40,492 nt of DNA from Lytechinus pictus (lineage: Eukaryota), in contig NC_087263.1 of the NCBI RefSeq assembly GCF_037042905.1, positions 15,750,001 through 15,790,492 on the forward strand, written 5' to 3'. Numbering within the stretch: position 1 is the first letter of the stretch; the number at the start of each line of letters is the position of its first letter. The notes under the pieces are model-generated. The model made no database searches, was not told where the DNA came from, and was given only the letters and a program-made list of their open reading frames with translations. Both the position numbers and the translations under genes were made by a program. Below are positions 23,150 through 36,299 of the stretch, piece by piece.

Positions 23150-23949
23150 TTAAATTAAAAGGTTGATCACAAAAGAGGAGATAGCTCTGAAGTTATGGAG
23201 TCCTTACTGCCAGAGATTTGTCGCAGAACAATTAGCACTGGAGCATGTGCGCCATTTTGCCTCTCTAATCTCTCTCTCTGCGTAAACAAAAAGAAGTTAG
23301 CATGTCAAAAATTTGGACCTTTGCCAATCAAGCCGATGCATCTACGCATCCACGAGATCGATGCAATGGTCACTCCCGGAGAAGGGGTGAAAACAGCCTT
23401 TTAATACCTCACCCTTGTTTGTTTATAATTCAAGTCAAATCATTTCAGACGATCTCTGGAGAGATTGCGATGCATAGCTTTGGCCCTTGGAGGCAGGGGA
23501 AAAGCAGAAGCAATTTAGAGCTCTCCGGCAGCTCGGCCGGCCGTAACCCATCCACATCTTATAGAGTAATCAGTACCCACTCCCCGTTCTCTTTATTTAA
23601 AGGTAGTGTCATTGCCGGGAAAGACAAACATATCAAAGGAAAAGATGAATAGGAGAGATCCCATGTGCGAGAGGATCATTATTTTAAATGTGGCACCACC
23701 AAGAGAACATACATGCATATTAAATTATAAGTTCGTGAAGAATCTTGAGAGAAGAGGATGAAGCCTCCAAGATTTTCCAGTATGTTTCAAGAGAACGAAG
23801 TTAGAAGGATGTGCCACTTACAGATATAGAGAAACAGAGACTAACAGAGAGAGAGAAGGATGGGGGGGGGGGCAGAGATACAGACAGCCAGATAGAAGGG
23901 AGGGGGGGTCTTTAACGTAAGAAGATGAGAAATGCTTTGACTTTCTTCA

Positions 23950-24020
23950 GTTGTTAAACATCCCATTTTTGATGAAATTTTCAGTCAGTGCTACATGTAT
24001 GCTTGTTTACTTTTCCTCTC
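23950..24020. mobile_element. Small fragment of a MITE family A TIR
   Basis: TTTTGATGAAATTTTCAGT...TGCTTGTT matches 25275-25305. Confidence 0.7.
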
Positions 24021-24753
24021 AAAAGAATAAAGTTGTTAATGTGCTCTGACTTCTATGAGTCTTAAGAAGGAAAGTGAAGGTATAGTCTGGAAATGCACTC
24101 ATGGTATCCAATGTCTGAGTTTGGTTCCATGAAGATCAACTTGACAATGAACTTGCCTTATAACCACTTCATTTTACAAAACAGTACCCACCATATATGC
24201 TGGTAGGTTGTTTTAGTTTGTAACAGACTGATTCTATCTGTAACGGCATGATGATTTGAATAAATAAATGACGAGACAATTCAAACTTTCTTGATAGAGC
24301 CTACTCAGCTTTGCTAGTTTAGGAAGAATTTTTGTTTCTTTGAAAGGCACTGAATTTAATCACACTAAAAATAATTTAACATAATTTTCCAATTATTTTT
24401 ATTTTTAGGACGTTATTGGAAAGAAATGCCTTCATCATCAAAAGATCCTGCTAAACTTGCACTCATTTTGGAAATATTCATCTCAAATCTTCAGTAGTGT
24501 ATCTGTTTTTGTTTTGTTTTTCAAAGCTGGATTGATGTCGCGCCAATCAATTTTAAATCAAATTTACTTGTCTTCCAACACTGCTCTCCAGAAGCTTGTA
24601 CACTGAAATTTTTCTGAAATCATAACTGGAATACCATCAGGTTTTCACTATTTTTCACTATAATTCACGATAATAATGTCGCATACATCAAGTTAATATG
24701 AAAAAAAAACTGAGGTACATGTTCTATTGTTATGAGCTATGTCTCCTTATTAA

Positions 24754-25356
24754 AGGCCAAGTCCACCCCAGAAAAATGTTAATTAGGATCAATAGAGAAA
24801 AATCAAAGAAATATAACGCTAATAATTTCATCAAAATCGGATGTAAAATAAGAAAGTTATGACATTTTAAAGGTTTGCTTATTTTTCACAAAACAGCTAA
24901 ATACACAGTTCAGTGATATGCAAATGTGAGAGTCGATGATGTTCCCACTCACTATTTCTTTTGTTTCTTATTGTTTGAATTATACAATATTTCAATTTTT
25001 ACAAATTTGAAAATATGGACCATCTTCACTGAACCATAAAGTGTGTAAACAATGGTAATTTCACATATTTAGGGAGGAATAAAACTTTTCTACACAGGAC
25101 AATGAGGAGAAAATGAGAATATTTCATATTTCAGATAATAAAATACAAAAGAAATAGTGAGTGAGTGACATCATCAGTTCCCTCATTTGCATTCTGACGA
25201 GGATGTGCATACAACTGTTTTGTGAAATTAAGCGAAATTAAAAAATGTCATAGCTTTCTTATTTTACATCCGATTTTGATGAAATTTTCAGTGTTATGCT
25301 TGTTGAATTTTTCTCTTTTTATTCAAATCAACTTTTTGTTGGGGTGGACTTGTCCT
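24754..25356. mobile_element. Long-TIR MITE family A, copy 3 (complete)
   Basis: TTAA-AGGCCAAGTCCACCCC...GGGGTGGACTTGTCCT-TTAA. Confidence 0.95.
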
Positions 25357-26084
25357 TTAAAGACTTCTCAAATCATATGAAGGAAAAAGTTATGTCTCCT
25401 ATAAACAAAGATATTTTTTTTATTATTTGAAGGAAAAAGCTATGTTCTACATGTAGCTTACAACCTATGTCTCCTTGTGGAGATAAAGTGAATAATTTGA
25501 AGGAAAAGGCTCTCTTGTACTGTCTAAGCTGTGTCTCAAAGACTCAATTATTTGAAGTAAAAAAAAAAGCTGTGTTATCCTCACTGAAGTTAGTTAACTT
25601 CCCAGGTTCTTGCGGTACTTGACACCATAGATCAAGATATCAATCGAATCTGAACTAAATCTTGCACCGGAACAAGCTCACTTCCAGCGTGGTAGTGATT
25701 ATGTGAATTAAGCCCGCATTGATTCATTGTAACGAGTAGGGGCATGTTCCAGCTCACATGGAATCTGCGACTGCGGCTAAGGCATAAGCAGTCAGTTAAC
25801 CCATTGAATGCTAGATTCTGTGAATTCCAATGATTTTGTTCAGCAATCGATCATCCAGTTAGAAAGCAATGAATCCATCCCTCATTATATACTTAGCCAG
25901 TCAATCCCTCAATCTAGCAGTCTGTCAATAGATCAATTAAACAATCAATTATCAAACCAGGCTACCATTGTCTTTAATCCGTCAATTATTCTCGTCATTC
26001 ACACAAGCAATGTATTACGAAGACAGCCATTCTCTTGTATTTATACGTGTTCGATGGTGAATTTTTTTACCTGATGGCTAAGGA

Positions 26085-26182
26085 AGCATGAATGCCTGAA
26101 AACAATCAACAAGAGGACCGGAGGCTTAACATCCTCTCTGAGGGACCTGGTAATGATGATAAATGTCAATACCAAAGGGCAC
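26085..26182 (-). mobile_element. Fragment of a dispersed repeat, probably SINE body
   Basis: Matches 1742-1812. Confidence 0.55.
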
Positions 26183-26502
26183 AAGCAGTCCAGCATCCAA
26201 GTCGTCGGATTGCCAAACCATCGGTTTATTATCTGTCACATTGTATAAAGTTTGGTTCCAAAGGGTAGTACGTAATCTACTGGTGAAAATTATGTTTAGA
26301 CTATTATACAGGTGTGTATTTCTAACAAAAGTAACAAAAGCTTAACATGAACTTTCAGAAAAACTATGAGAATTTTAGCTTATTAATATCATGATAGTAT
26401 TGGAACATATTGGAACATATTAATATCATATTGTATATATATATTCCATAATTTTCCCCCAGAAAACTGCGACGGGACTCTCATTTAATTGACGAAATCA
26501 GA

Positions 26503-26628
26503 TAATAATAATAATATGTCCATTTATATAGCGCAGTTACTATGTGCATATACTCAGCTGCACTTTGATACTTGGTATCATAATATTACCCCGGCTGTAG
26601 CTGAGCTGCCATATTAATAGGTGCTAGA
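26503..26628 (-). mobile_element. SINE/LINE 3' tail fragment
   Basis: Minus strand ends ...CTGCGCTATATAAATG...(TTA)n, like the tails at about 6280 and 35815. Confidence 0.6.
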
Positions 26629-27476
26629 TCAGGAATAAAAGCAACTTCCAAGTACTTTTAGCCTTATTTCACGATCAGCTTGTGATTGAGAAACTCAATA
26701 AGCATATTCTTGTGAAAAATTGATATTTCATGGTCTGTACAATAGTTCTGGAATATATATATTTTGTGTAAGTACTGCTTTTCATCAATGGCATACAGTT
26801 TACGATGGGCGGAAGTTGGCGTCTTTTGAAGAGGATCTGTATCATTTGTATTTTGTCTATATTACCAAGGATAATCACTGACATTGTACCTCGCTGACAG
26901 GTGAAATGAGGATTTCTATTCTAGGCGATAAACCGTTTCTTTAATAAATAGCCACAGTAAAACTGTCATCACCCGTTCAGAACTAGACAACTAAATTCCA
27001 TTCAAAAGTAGGCCGTATCCCTGAGTGATTGTCCAAAAATTTATGTGAATGAAATTCAGCAATGTACAGTTGCCAAACGATATAAGCGCACTGGTACACT
27101 AGCTGATTACAATCATTGCATGATTAGAATTTTTTCGCCTGATGATCAAAGAGGCGGCATGTCGTAAAATATAACTTTCCAGCTGATGGCGGCTGCCTGG
27201 GCTTAACCCTGCGTTCACATTATCTTTGGGTGGTGGTATTCTCTTGTTCTAATCCTGAGCAGTATTGAGAAATCTCTGCCCCCTTTCCCTGGATCCAGGA
27301 ACCAAATTTAGAGGGGGGAGTTAATTTTAGTGTGGAATTGGTGGGGCACAGCTGTTTCCATCAAATGTCCACCTAGGAGAAAAATGTGATACATGAAGTG
27401 CATAACATTGATTCACAGACACATAATTTGGATATTCACAGACATGATTTGGAGGAGAGAGAGAGAGTGAACTTAA

Positions 27477-27859
27477 AGGTATTGTTTAACTTTGTGAGCA
27501 GCCGATTTAAAAAATTCTCAAACCAAGATGAAACATGTGTACAAGTGCATGTATTAGAATTAATAAACCCTGAAAACAACCATTATTGAGAATGAAAAGC
27601 TAAAACTACAAGGCAAACCCCGATTTTGTAAATAGGCGTTCTTATAGACGCCTAAATAGTACACATACGTGTATGGGATGAAATTAAGATGGTGTTTTCG
27701 GTCACTTTATATTTCAATTTTTGAAGCACTAAATAATTATTTTCGAACGCAGTTTTTTCTGGGCTTCATTTTTGTAACATATCACAGACACAGGTGACAA
27801 GTGTGACCTTCTAGAAAGCTCAGATTTTTTAAAAGTCAAACCAATGTTAACCAATCACT
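27477..27859. mobile_element. 383-bp Kolobok-like MITE
   Basis: TTAA at 27473-27476 and 27860-27863; imperfect TIR AGGTATTGTTTAAC / GTTAACCAATCACT; removing it restores a copy of the neighbouring 27318-27410 duplication. Confidence 0.85.
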
Positions 27860-29919
27860 TTAAGTGTAGAATTGATGGGGAATTAGCCGTTTTCATCATC
27901 CCCATCAGAAAAAATATGATACAGGGATGGCGTAACATTAACATCCATTTTATTGTCTGTTGCCTACATGTACAAACACTTTAATTCTAATTTTTTCTCT
28001 CCACAAGCTCAAAGCCTGTGTCAGAGTCTTGGAGACTATTGAACAGTCAATGATAAAAAAAGAGAAGATAACGATTTGCAACCTTTGAATGTATGTAGCA
28101 CTTAATTTAAATTTTCTAAAGGCTGCATCATATTTTAAAACCCAGTTTTAGCAAAACCTTTTTCCTCGCGGATACATGTGTGAATGCAGTCTTTGATGAG
28201 TATCTCCCTACCCAGTAGCGTAGTGATCATTAATCAGACAATCCTTTAGAAATGAATTTATTTGACTTAGAATTTAGATATTTGATAGGTAATGAGACTG
28301 CTATGATGATTGATATTAATTTCAGAGCTCCTGTTGTGAATGGGATATTCTGATTTGATTGGAAGTTCAACAAGCAAGTGCAATCTATTCAGATATTGGG
28401 AAGCAAAATGACATCTAGTTTGTAAATATCTCTAGGTAATTCCATCACTTTGGGCTAATCAGTTTCCAAAGAGAAGAGTTGACACTATTTCATAGAAATA
28501 TGTATTAAATTTAAAAATGATTTCCTTTTGAGAGCACATTTAGGCCTGCATGATTCTTATGCCAACATAATGTTTTTTTACCATAACAAAAAATAAAGTA
28601 CCGGTAAGTACCTGTTTTATTTTTGCAATTGAATTTTCGAAGTCAAATGACTGCACAAAGCATGAAGTCTTGAATAAGGAATATGAAAATTCACTTCTCA
28701 ATTTTATTGCAAAATATACAATTGATAGGCCTATATCAGTAAATAATAAAGACCTCAAGGGAATATGATTTTGATCATAATAATTTGAAAACAATTTCAT
28801 TCCTTTCGTATTGAGCAAATGAAAGATTTTCCTGTATAATTTATTCATGTATTCATCAGTCTGATCCACATTTATGATTCCCCTTTTTTCATGGAGAAAA
28901 CAATATACATTTGTCCATAGGACTCCCATTTTAAATGCTTCAGATCATATACTTGGCAAAATCCTGTGTACATTTGCAAGGGCCGTTGGGTTAATTCAAA
29001 ATGAAATTGAAAATCCATCTTTTATTGAGCATTTTGTATCACTGTAAGAACGTCCCTCCTACTGTTTTTAATTTTGATGCCTCCAATTTAGTATCAATTT
29101 TGTGAGGTCAGGTAGCAAAAGTAATAGCCCTTTGGAACTATCCAATCTTCCTAGTCGCAACAATAGCAACTGGAAAGAGAATCGCAAGGAAAAATAAGGG
29201 TTGATTATGATCTGCAGCAGTGATTATACAAATTGCTCCCGACAAAAAGCAGATGCAATTTTGTCTTGCCAATCGCGTCCAGTTTGGGAAATTACAATAG
29301 GGGCAGCGCGGAGATAATCAATCACATTGTAAAGAGACCTAGATTGATGTCATGTAGAGGCCACAGTCTTCCCTTGTGCGGAGGATATGAATAAGTCATT
29401 GTCGGCTTGAAATATTAAAAAGGGAGAAAGTCCCGATGTTCGGCGGAAGCACACGCTATCCGTGTCTTCCCTTTAATAGTAATATCAATATGTGAATTAT
29501 TAAATTGGCATTTGTAAACAATTGATGGATGAGAGTGCACACGTCAGTTTAAACTGACAGAGATCTGATTCCGGAGAGCCCTTTCCTTGGTGTAGATTTT
29601 CAGGTTTATATTGTACACAAGTTGTCTTTGAACTCACTGTTCATTTAAGTCTTGTCGGAGATGTTCAAGTTTATATTGCACATGAGTTGTCTTTGAACCC
29701 AAGCTTATTCAACTCCTGAATCTAAAAAATCTAATAATGTTTTGGAGGTAGCTACCCTTTTTCCTACAGCTGTTGACTACCTTTACTGGGGCTGACTTTT
29801 TTTTGACACACCACATTGACAAAGGAAATGACCAAATGACAAATATTATTACACTATTTCACATATAGAATAATTGATCAAGAATTAGGATTGAAAAGGA
29901 AGGGTTGGTCAATTTTTTT

Positions 29920-31370
29920 TTAGAATACACACCAAAGACAATTTATGGCAGCTGGGGGATAATAAATGGTCCAGGGCCAATGGAAGCATTTAAAGGAATA
30001 GATACCGCTTCATTTCTCTAGATTACTGCCCTTACATTTTGATTGGTGGCAATAATGGGAAAGAATACTCACCAAAGACAATATGTGGCAGCAGTGGGAT
30101 AGTAATACTGGACCAGGAGTCCAGGGCCATTGGAAGTAGCTAAAGGACTGGATACTGGTCCAGTTCTATAGAATGCTGCCCCAACACTTTGACTGGTCGC
30201 AGCAATGGGAAAGGTTACTCACCAAAGACATTTTATGGCAGCAGTAGGATAGACTGGACCAGGACCATTGAAAGCAGCTGAAGGATTGGATAGGCCTACC
30301 TGTCCAGTCCTACAAAATGTTGCCCCAACACTTAGATTGTTGGCAGCAATTGTGGGAAAACAATACTCACCAAATACATTTTTGTGGCAGCAATGGGATA
30401 GTAATACTGGTATACTGCCCCAGTTTTATAGAACTGGTCCAGTTCTATAGAATACTGCACCAACACTTATATTGGTGGCAGCAATGGGAAAGAATACTCA
30501 CCAAAGACATTTCATGGCAGCGGTGGGATTGAATACTAGTCGAGGACCATTGAAAGCAGCTTAAGGATTAGATACCGGTCCAGTCCTACAGAATGTCGCC
30601 CCAACACTTAGATTGTTGGCAGCAATCGTGGGAAAGAATACTCGCCAAAGACATTTTTGTGGCAGCGATTGGATAGTAATACTGGTCCAGTTCTCTAGAA
30701 TACTGCTCCAACACTTTGGTTGCAGCCATGGGAAAGAATACTCAACAAAGACATTTTATGGCAGCGGTAGGATAGTTTTCTGGACCAGGACCATTGAAAG
30801 CAGCTGAAGGATTGGATAGGCCTACCCGTACCGGTCCAGTCCTACAGAATGTCGCCCCAACACTTAGATTGTTGGCAGCAATCGTGGGAAAGAATACTTG
30901 CCAAAGACATTTTTGTGGCAGCAATGGGATATTAATACTGGTATACTGCCCCAAAACTTAGATTGTTGGCAGCAATCGTGGGAAAGAATACTCGCCGAAG
31001 ACATTTTTGTGTCAGCGATTGGATAGTAATACTGGTCCAGTTCTCTAGAATACTGCTCCAACACTTTGGTTGCAGCAATGGGAAAGAATACTCAACAATG
31101 ACATTTTATGGCAGCGGTGGGATAGTTTCTGGACCAGGACTATTGCAAGTAGAGAAAGGATAGGATTCCGGTCCAGTTCTCTAGAATACCGCCGGCAGCG
31201 GTGGGATAGTTTCTGGACCAGGACCATTGAAAGTAGATAAAGGATAGGATACCGGGCCAGTTCTCTAGAATACTGCCCCAACACTTGATGATGATGTTGC
31301 ATAGAGCCTACTAGGACCAGGACCATTGAAAGCAAATAAAGGATAGGACACCGGTCCAGTTCTCTAAAAA
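29920..31370. repeat. Modular minisatellite, about 10 units of 95-155 bp, with higher-order duplication
   Basis: GGAAAGAATACTC.CCAAAGACATTTT.TGGCAGC anchor recurs; 30607-30800 is nearly identical to 30957-31150. Confidence 0.95.
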
Positions 31371-32654
31371 TGACAGTTTTCTCCTGTTTTGCTTGCTGTC
31401 GATATCGCATCGTTACAAGCATCATTTCAAAGACAATATTAGTCAAGAAAGTAAAATAATTCCTCATTCTGCAGAGAAAATGTTAAGGTTTCTCAATGAC
31501 CATATCACTTTATTATTAGTTACCTTGAAATATTGCTTACATTGAAGTTGCAGAGATAAAATAGCCCCACCCTGTTTTAAGTTGATTTTATCTTTTCTCC
31601 AAAGTAACATGGGCTCAAGCATATCATCTGCATAGCAATGATTACCTATGCAATGGATATGTTTACATAGATTCTGCTCTGTTGCATATCATCTTTAGAT
31701 ATGCAAGATAAAGAAGTTTTCTCAGATGAAGTTTCATATTTCATCTAAAACGTGATTTCAGAATACCAGATTCATTTTGAAAGATAAAATAATATTTTAA
31801 CCATAAAATGACCTCAGAATACCACCCCTTGACTTCCCTTCCTGTTGGCAGGATTTGCAAGAACAAGAATTAATTATTTTATAAATTTGTGGCTTGCTAT
31901 TTGGAAATAAGATTTGCTCCATTTAAAAAAAGGATCTTGGCTTAATTTTTTAATCATATCTGCCTTAGAACAAGAATGAACAATACTGAAATTTAAGAAA
32001 GGGTTGTGACTTGTTTAGCACATTTTCGTTGTGTGGGTGAGTGGGTGTGGGTGGATGATCTGATTTTATGAAATGAACAGGTGTGTTAAAATCCCCCTTG
32101 TAGTCCTTGTTGAGTGACCACATTGGACTGATCTTCTTTGAGCAGGTGATGTCATAATGCAGTTCATCTTCTCATGAAATATGTATGAATACAGTGACCT
32201 TGTTCACATTATACTCCAGAAATCATTTTAAAACGTTCCCCATCGACACCTTACCCATGTTCAGTAGGCCTAAATACTGCCAGGTCACTCTTTTTCATTT
32301 CCCCCACAATTTACAAGGACATGTGAAGATGAAGCAGTCACCTTATAAAGTGTTCTTTAGCTTAATAGACAGGTACTTATTTTGAAACCTTGCCATCAAG
32401 AAATTACGACATGATGTAAACACAGCAAACAGTGGGTCCTTTCTTGCGATTTTGAAAGGGCATTAGCATTTAAAGATACTTAGCATGGAAAGATGCATCA
32501 TATTGTAAATGGCTTAATACATGCAGTTAAATGCTATTGATAAGTACCAGGGGGGGGGGGGGGTCAGGATGGACCTGATGGGGGGGGGGGGAGGATGGAC
32601 AACTTTCCCTTAAATTGACAAGCCAACTAAAGAAGAAAATGTTTTAACAATCCT

Positions 32655-32815
32655 GGGCCTGTTGCATAAAAGTTACTATTAATATGGTAACTTTGCCATG
32701 CAATGATAACTACCATGGTAACACTGACCAACAGCCAATCAAAATCAAGGATTCCACGCAAGTTACCATTGGATGGCAAAGATACCATAATGGTTGCTTT
32801 TATGCAACAGGGTCC
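32655..32815. mobile_element. ~160-bp hairpin MITE
   Basis: CCTGTTGCATAAAAG / CTTTTATGCAACAGG TIR with inner inverted TATGGTAACTTTGCCAT / ATGGCAAAGATACCATA. Confidence 0.85.
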
Positions 32816-33259
32816 TGGTGCCATTTTTTGATACAACATGTATATGTTAGCAAGAACAAAAACAAAAGGGTATACTGAGGAGAGAGCATTTCCCTAATAA
32901 AAAAAAATGACAAGCAAACAAAGTTGGATTTAGCTGAGCTATGGATTCAAGTCCATTGCTTTTATATTGGAATTCAAACCATAGCACCGAGGTATACATA
33001 AGATCTGTGCAGTACTTGGTGCACAGGTCACAAGCTTGTTGAATCACCATTAATCAACAACAACCATAGCAACAACAACTAAATTGGTTCGAGGGAGAAG
33101 GGGGTGGGCGAGGGCGGCTCTGCCCCCCTGGATCCGCACCTGATTAGTACTATTAGAGATGCGGTTTATGCCTAAGCAGGTAACTCTCACTTTCCTGGTT
33201 GATGCCTGGATCCTACTAGAACATGGTTAGTGGGATGGATAAGACATGTTGGTCATTAA

Positions 33260-33848
33260 AGGACAAGTCCACCCCAACAAATAGTTAATTTAAAAAAAGG
33301 AGAAACATCCAACAAGCAAAACAATGAAAATTTCATCAAAATCGGATGTAAAATAAGAAAGTTATGACATTTTAAAGTTTCGCTTAATTTCACAAAACAG
33401 TTATATGCACATCCTGGTCGGTATGCAAATTGGCAGACTGATGACGTCACCCACTCACTATTTCTTTTGTATTTTATTATATGAAATATGAAATATTCTA
33501 ATTTTCTCCCCCTTGTCAAGTGAAACATTTCTCCCTGAACATGTGGAATTACCATTATTTTAACAGTTTATGGTTAAGTTAAGTTGGTCCTTGTTGTCAA
33601 ATCTGTAAAAATTGAAATATTGTATTCAAACAATAAAAAAGAAAGAAATAGTGAGTGATGGACATCATCGACTCTCATTTGCATATCACTGAGTTGTGCA
33701 TTTAACTGTTTTGTGAAAAATAAGCGAAACTTAAAAATGTCATAACTTTCTTATTTTACATCCGATTTTGATGAAATTTGCAGCGTAATGTTTGTTTGAT
33801 TTTTCTCTATCGATTTAAATCAACAATTTACTGGGGTGGGCTTGACCT
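33260..33848. mobile_element. Long-TIR MITE family A, copy 4 (complete, opposite orientation to copies 1 and 3)
   Basis: TTAA-AGGACAAGTCCACCCC...GGGGTGGGCTTGACCT-TTAA. Confidence 0.95.
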
Positions 33849-34464
33849 TTAAAATCAAAGTATACCTGGAAAAAAAGAAGATATCTGAAAACTTTGTAGT
33901 AGGAACCATGGATGTAGATGATAAAAAAGGACGATAATGTGGAATTTAATCATCATGTAATATAGAAATCTATATATGGTCTTTTATGTTTACATCATTT
34001 GATGAGGATATGATCTAGGATTTTACAACGCCTAGCAGGTATCGGCTTACCCGCCAAAATGCTACATGAATAATGGAGTGAATTTTTTGTGATCTGTTTC
34101 ATGTCGTAGGGTTGCGTAAAAGGGTTCATGAAATCCTTGTTACGACCCCTTTACCGGGGATGTTGGACTGGGTCCAGGAAAACGGAGATTGTGTGCATAA
34201 TATCGATCTCTCACCAAACAATGTTAATTGAAGAAAAGACACAGGGCTGCGGTCGGTCGGTTGTACCGTGCAAACGCCGGCGCTCAGACGGTGTAAAAGG
34301 CCTTTTAATTCCGGCGGATTAGTCTGAAAGATTTCATTAAGTAAAGTCTTTGGATTCGCTCCAGGGATGTTGGACTGCTTAATTGAGATATTGGGATGTC
34401 AGCCGGTTAGCGCATAATCCGAAATGACAGCGAGAAATCGGCTCTGCACAAGTCAAGCAGCAAA

Positions 34465-34905
34465 ATATAGGAAGAGAAGAAGGGAGGGAGTAGGTGAGAA
34501 ATTTAAGCACCTCTGATTTGTGATATATGTGTGTGTGTGTGTGTGTGAGTGAGAGAGAGAGCAAGACGGGGGAGAAGAAGACAAATACAGAGATAAAGAG
34601 ACAAAGAGAAATAAAGAAAGGGGAAAAGGAAAGAGAAAAAGAGAAATATAAATATCACTAAGATGAAGGAAAGAGAGGAGAAACACTGGCAGTAAGAGAT
34701 AAGGAAATGGAGAGAAAGAGTGAAAGATAGATCAGGAGCAGGAAAGGGGGAGATACAGGGTTAGACAGATTAAGACAGAGAGAGAGAGGAAGAGAAAGAG
34801 ATACGAAGAGACTGAGAGGCGAGAGAGGACGAGAGAGGACGACACTGGGAGATGTAGAGGACGAGGAAAGAAGGGACAGAAAGTCAGAAAATAGGAGAGA
34901 AAAGA
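34465..34905. repeat. (GT)n plus long GA-rich low-complexity tract
   Basis: Direct observation. Confidence 0.9.
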
Positions 34906-35587
34906 ACTTCCTCTTTCTTGCCTCCTAATCCCCTCTTTGTCATAGAGACAGTGTTTGTTAGTAAGCTTAGCAACCATGGATCTGTATAGTTATCTTGATG
35001 GGTGCATATTGTCTACTTTCGCAAAAGGAAACAAGTTTCAAAAGTATAATTTTTTTGTCAATGAGCAATGTGTGTTCGTCATTTACATAGGCATCAATGC
35101 AATTTAAAAGCATATTTTATTCAACGTCTTTCCATAGAACCATAATTTCTTCCCCAAATTTTGCCTGAATGTGCAACATACAAAGGGTGTTTCAGAAACA
35201 ACAATAACTCGAATTTGACCGATGCGTCACTTGCTTCCTTTTGCCAAAGTTGGGTAGCATAATTTGCGGGAATCCTAGCCCAAGTTTCACCTTCAATCGG
35301 TGTGTTCGTTCCTCTCTCCGCTGCTTTTCCAGCAATCGATGCAAAGTGCTGTAAAAATTCTCGTCCCCTGTCTGCGCATATGACTTCTGGTATCTAGGAT
35401 GTGTTCAGGCGTATTTGAGCACAGAAACCCAGCCCTGAACCTCGGGACGGAGTAGTTTTTTTTTGTGTTCTGTGAAATAAGACATTATGTCCATTATTTT
35501 AACCTGTTTACTACTGAATTCTGTCATTTCCATTGGCTTTGTACAGGGATCACCCGGTTCCAGTAGGCAATGGGTTAATGAAAGTAT

Positions 35588-35885
35588 TAATGATAATAAT
35601 AATAATGATGATGATGATAATGATTTAAAAAAAAAAAATAATAATAATGATAATAATCATAATAATGATGATAATAATCATAATAATAATGATAATAATA
35701 ATATTGATAATGATAATAATAATGATGATGATAATGATAATAGTAAAAGTAGAAAAAGGAAATAATTATATAATAATAATGATAATAAAAATAATGAATG
35801 ATTAAACAGTTCTTATATAGCCCAATTCACAATGATATCTTTATAGGCTTTCAAAGGACTTGGATATTTTAACACTGGTTTTAGT
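35588..35885 (-). repeat. (AAT/GAT)n microsatellite attached to a SINE-like 3' tail
   Basis: Triplet repeat 35588-35800 followed by TTCTTATATAGCCC..., similar to the other tails. Confidence 0.8.
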
Positions 35886-36299
35886 TTAATTGTAACTTTG
35901 ATTGCATGAAACAAAATTTTTTATATCAATTAAATGTGCAATTTGTATAACATTTAGCAGCAGAATATGCTATTGCTTTGAGGGGTTATTCTTCCGGAAG
36001 TTTTGATCTCGTTACAGACATCAAAATGTATAACGATTGCTCTACTTTGATATCAAGTTGTTTTGGATAAGCAGTTTAATTCATACAAGTGAATCAGATT
36101 AAGATTAACTTAAGTCGGATATGAATAAAATAGATCAGATTAAGTTCGGTGTTAGGTGTAGGACGTCATCTGCCCTTTGCTATGCATCCAGCGCACGTCA
36201 TAATTCACTTTTATTGCCATAATCTTATGGTTCGTCTGATTTAATTCAATTTTTTTTTCTTTTGCACTCTTTGATTTTGAATCAACTGTATAACAGGAT

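Noticed and set aside
28540..28929. 129-aa ORF on the minus strand
   Set aside because: AT-rich composition with no motif; looks like a decayed repeat interior
29920..31370. CRISPR-like appearance of regularly recurring motifs
   Set aside because: The intervening sequences are homologous to each other rather than unique spacers; no cas genes; eukaryotic context
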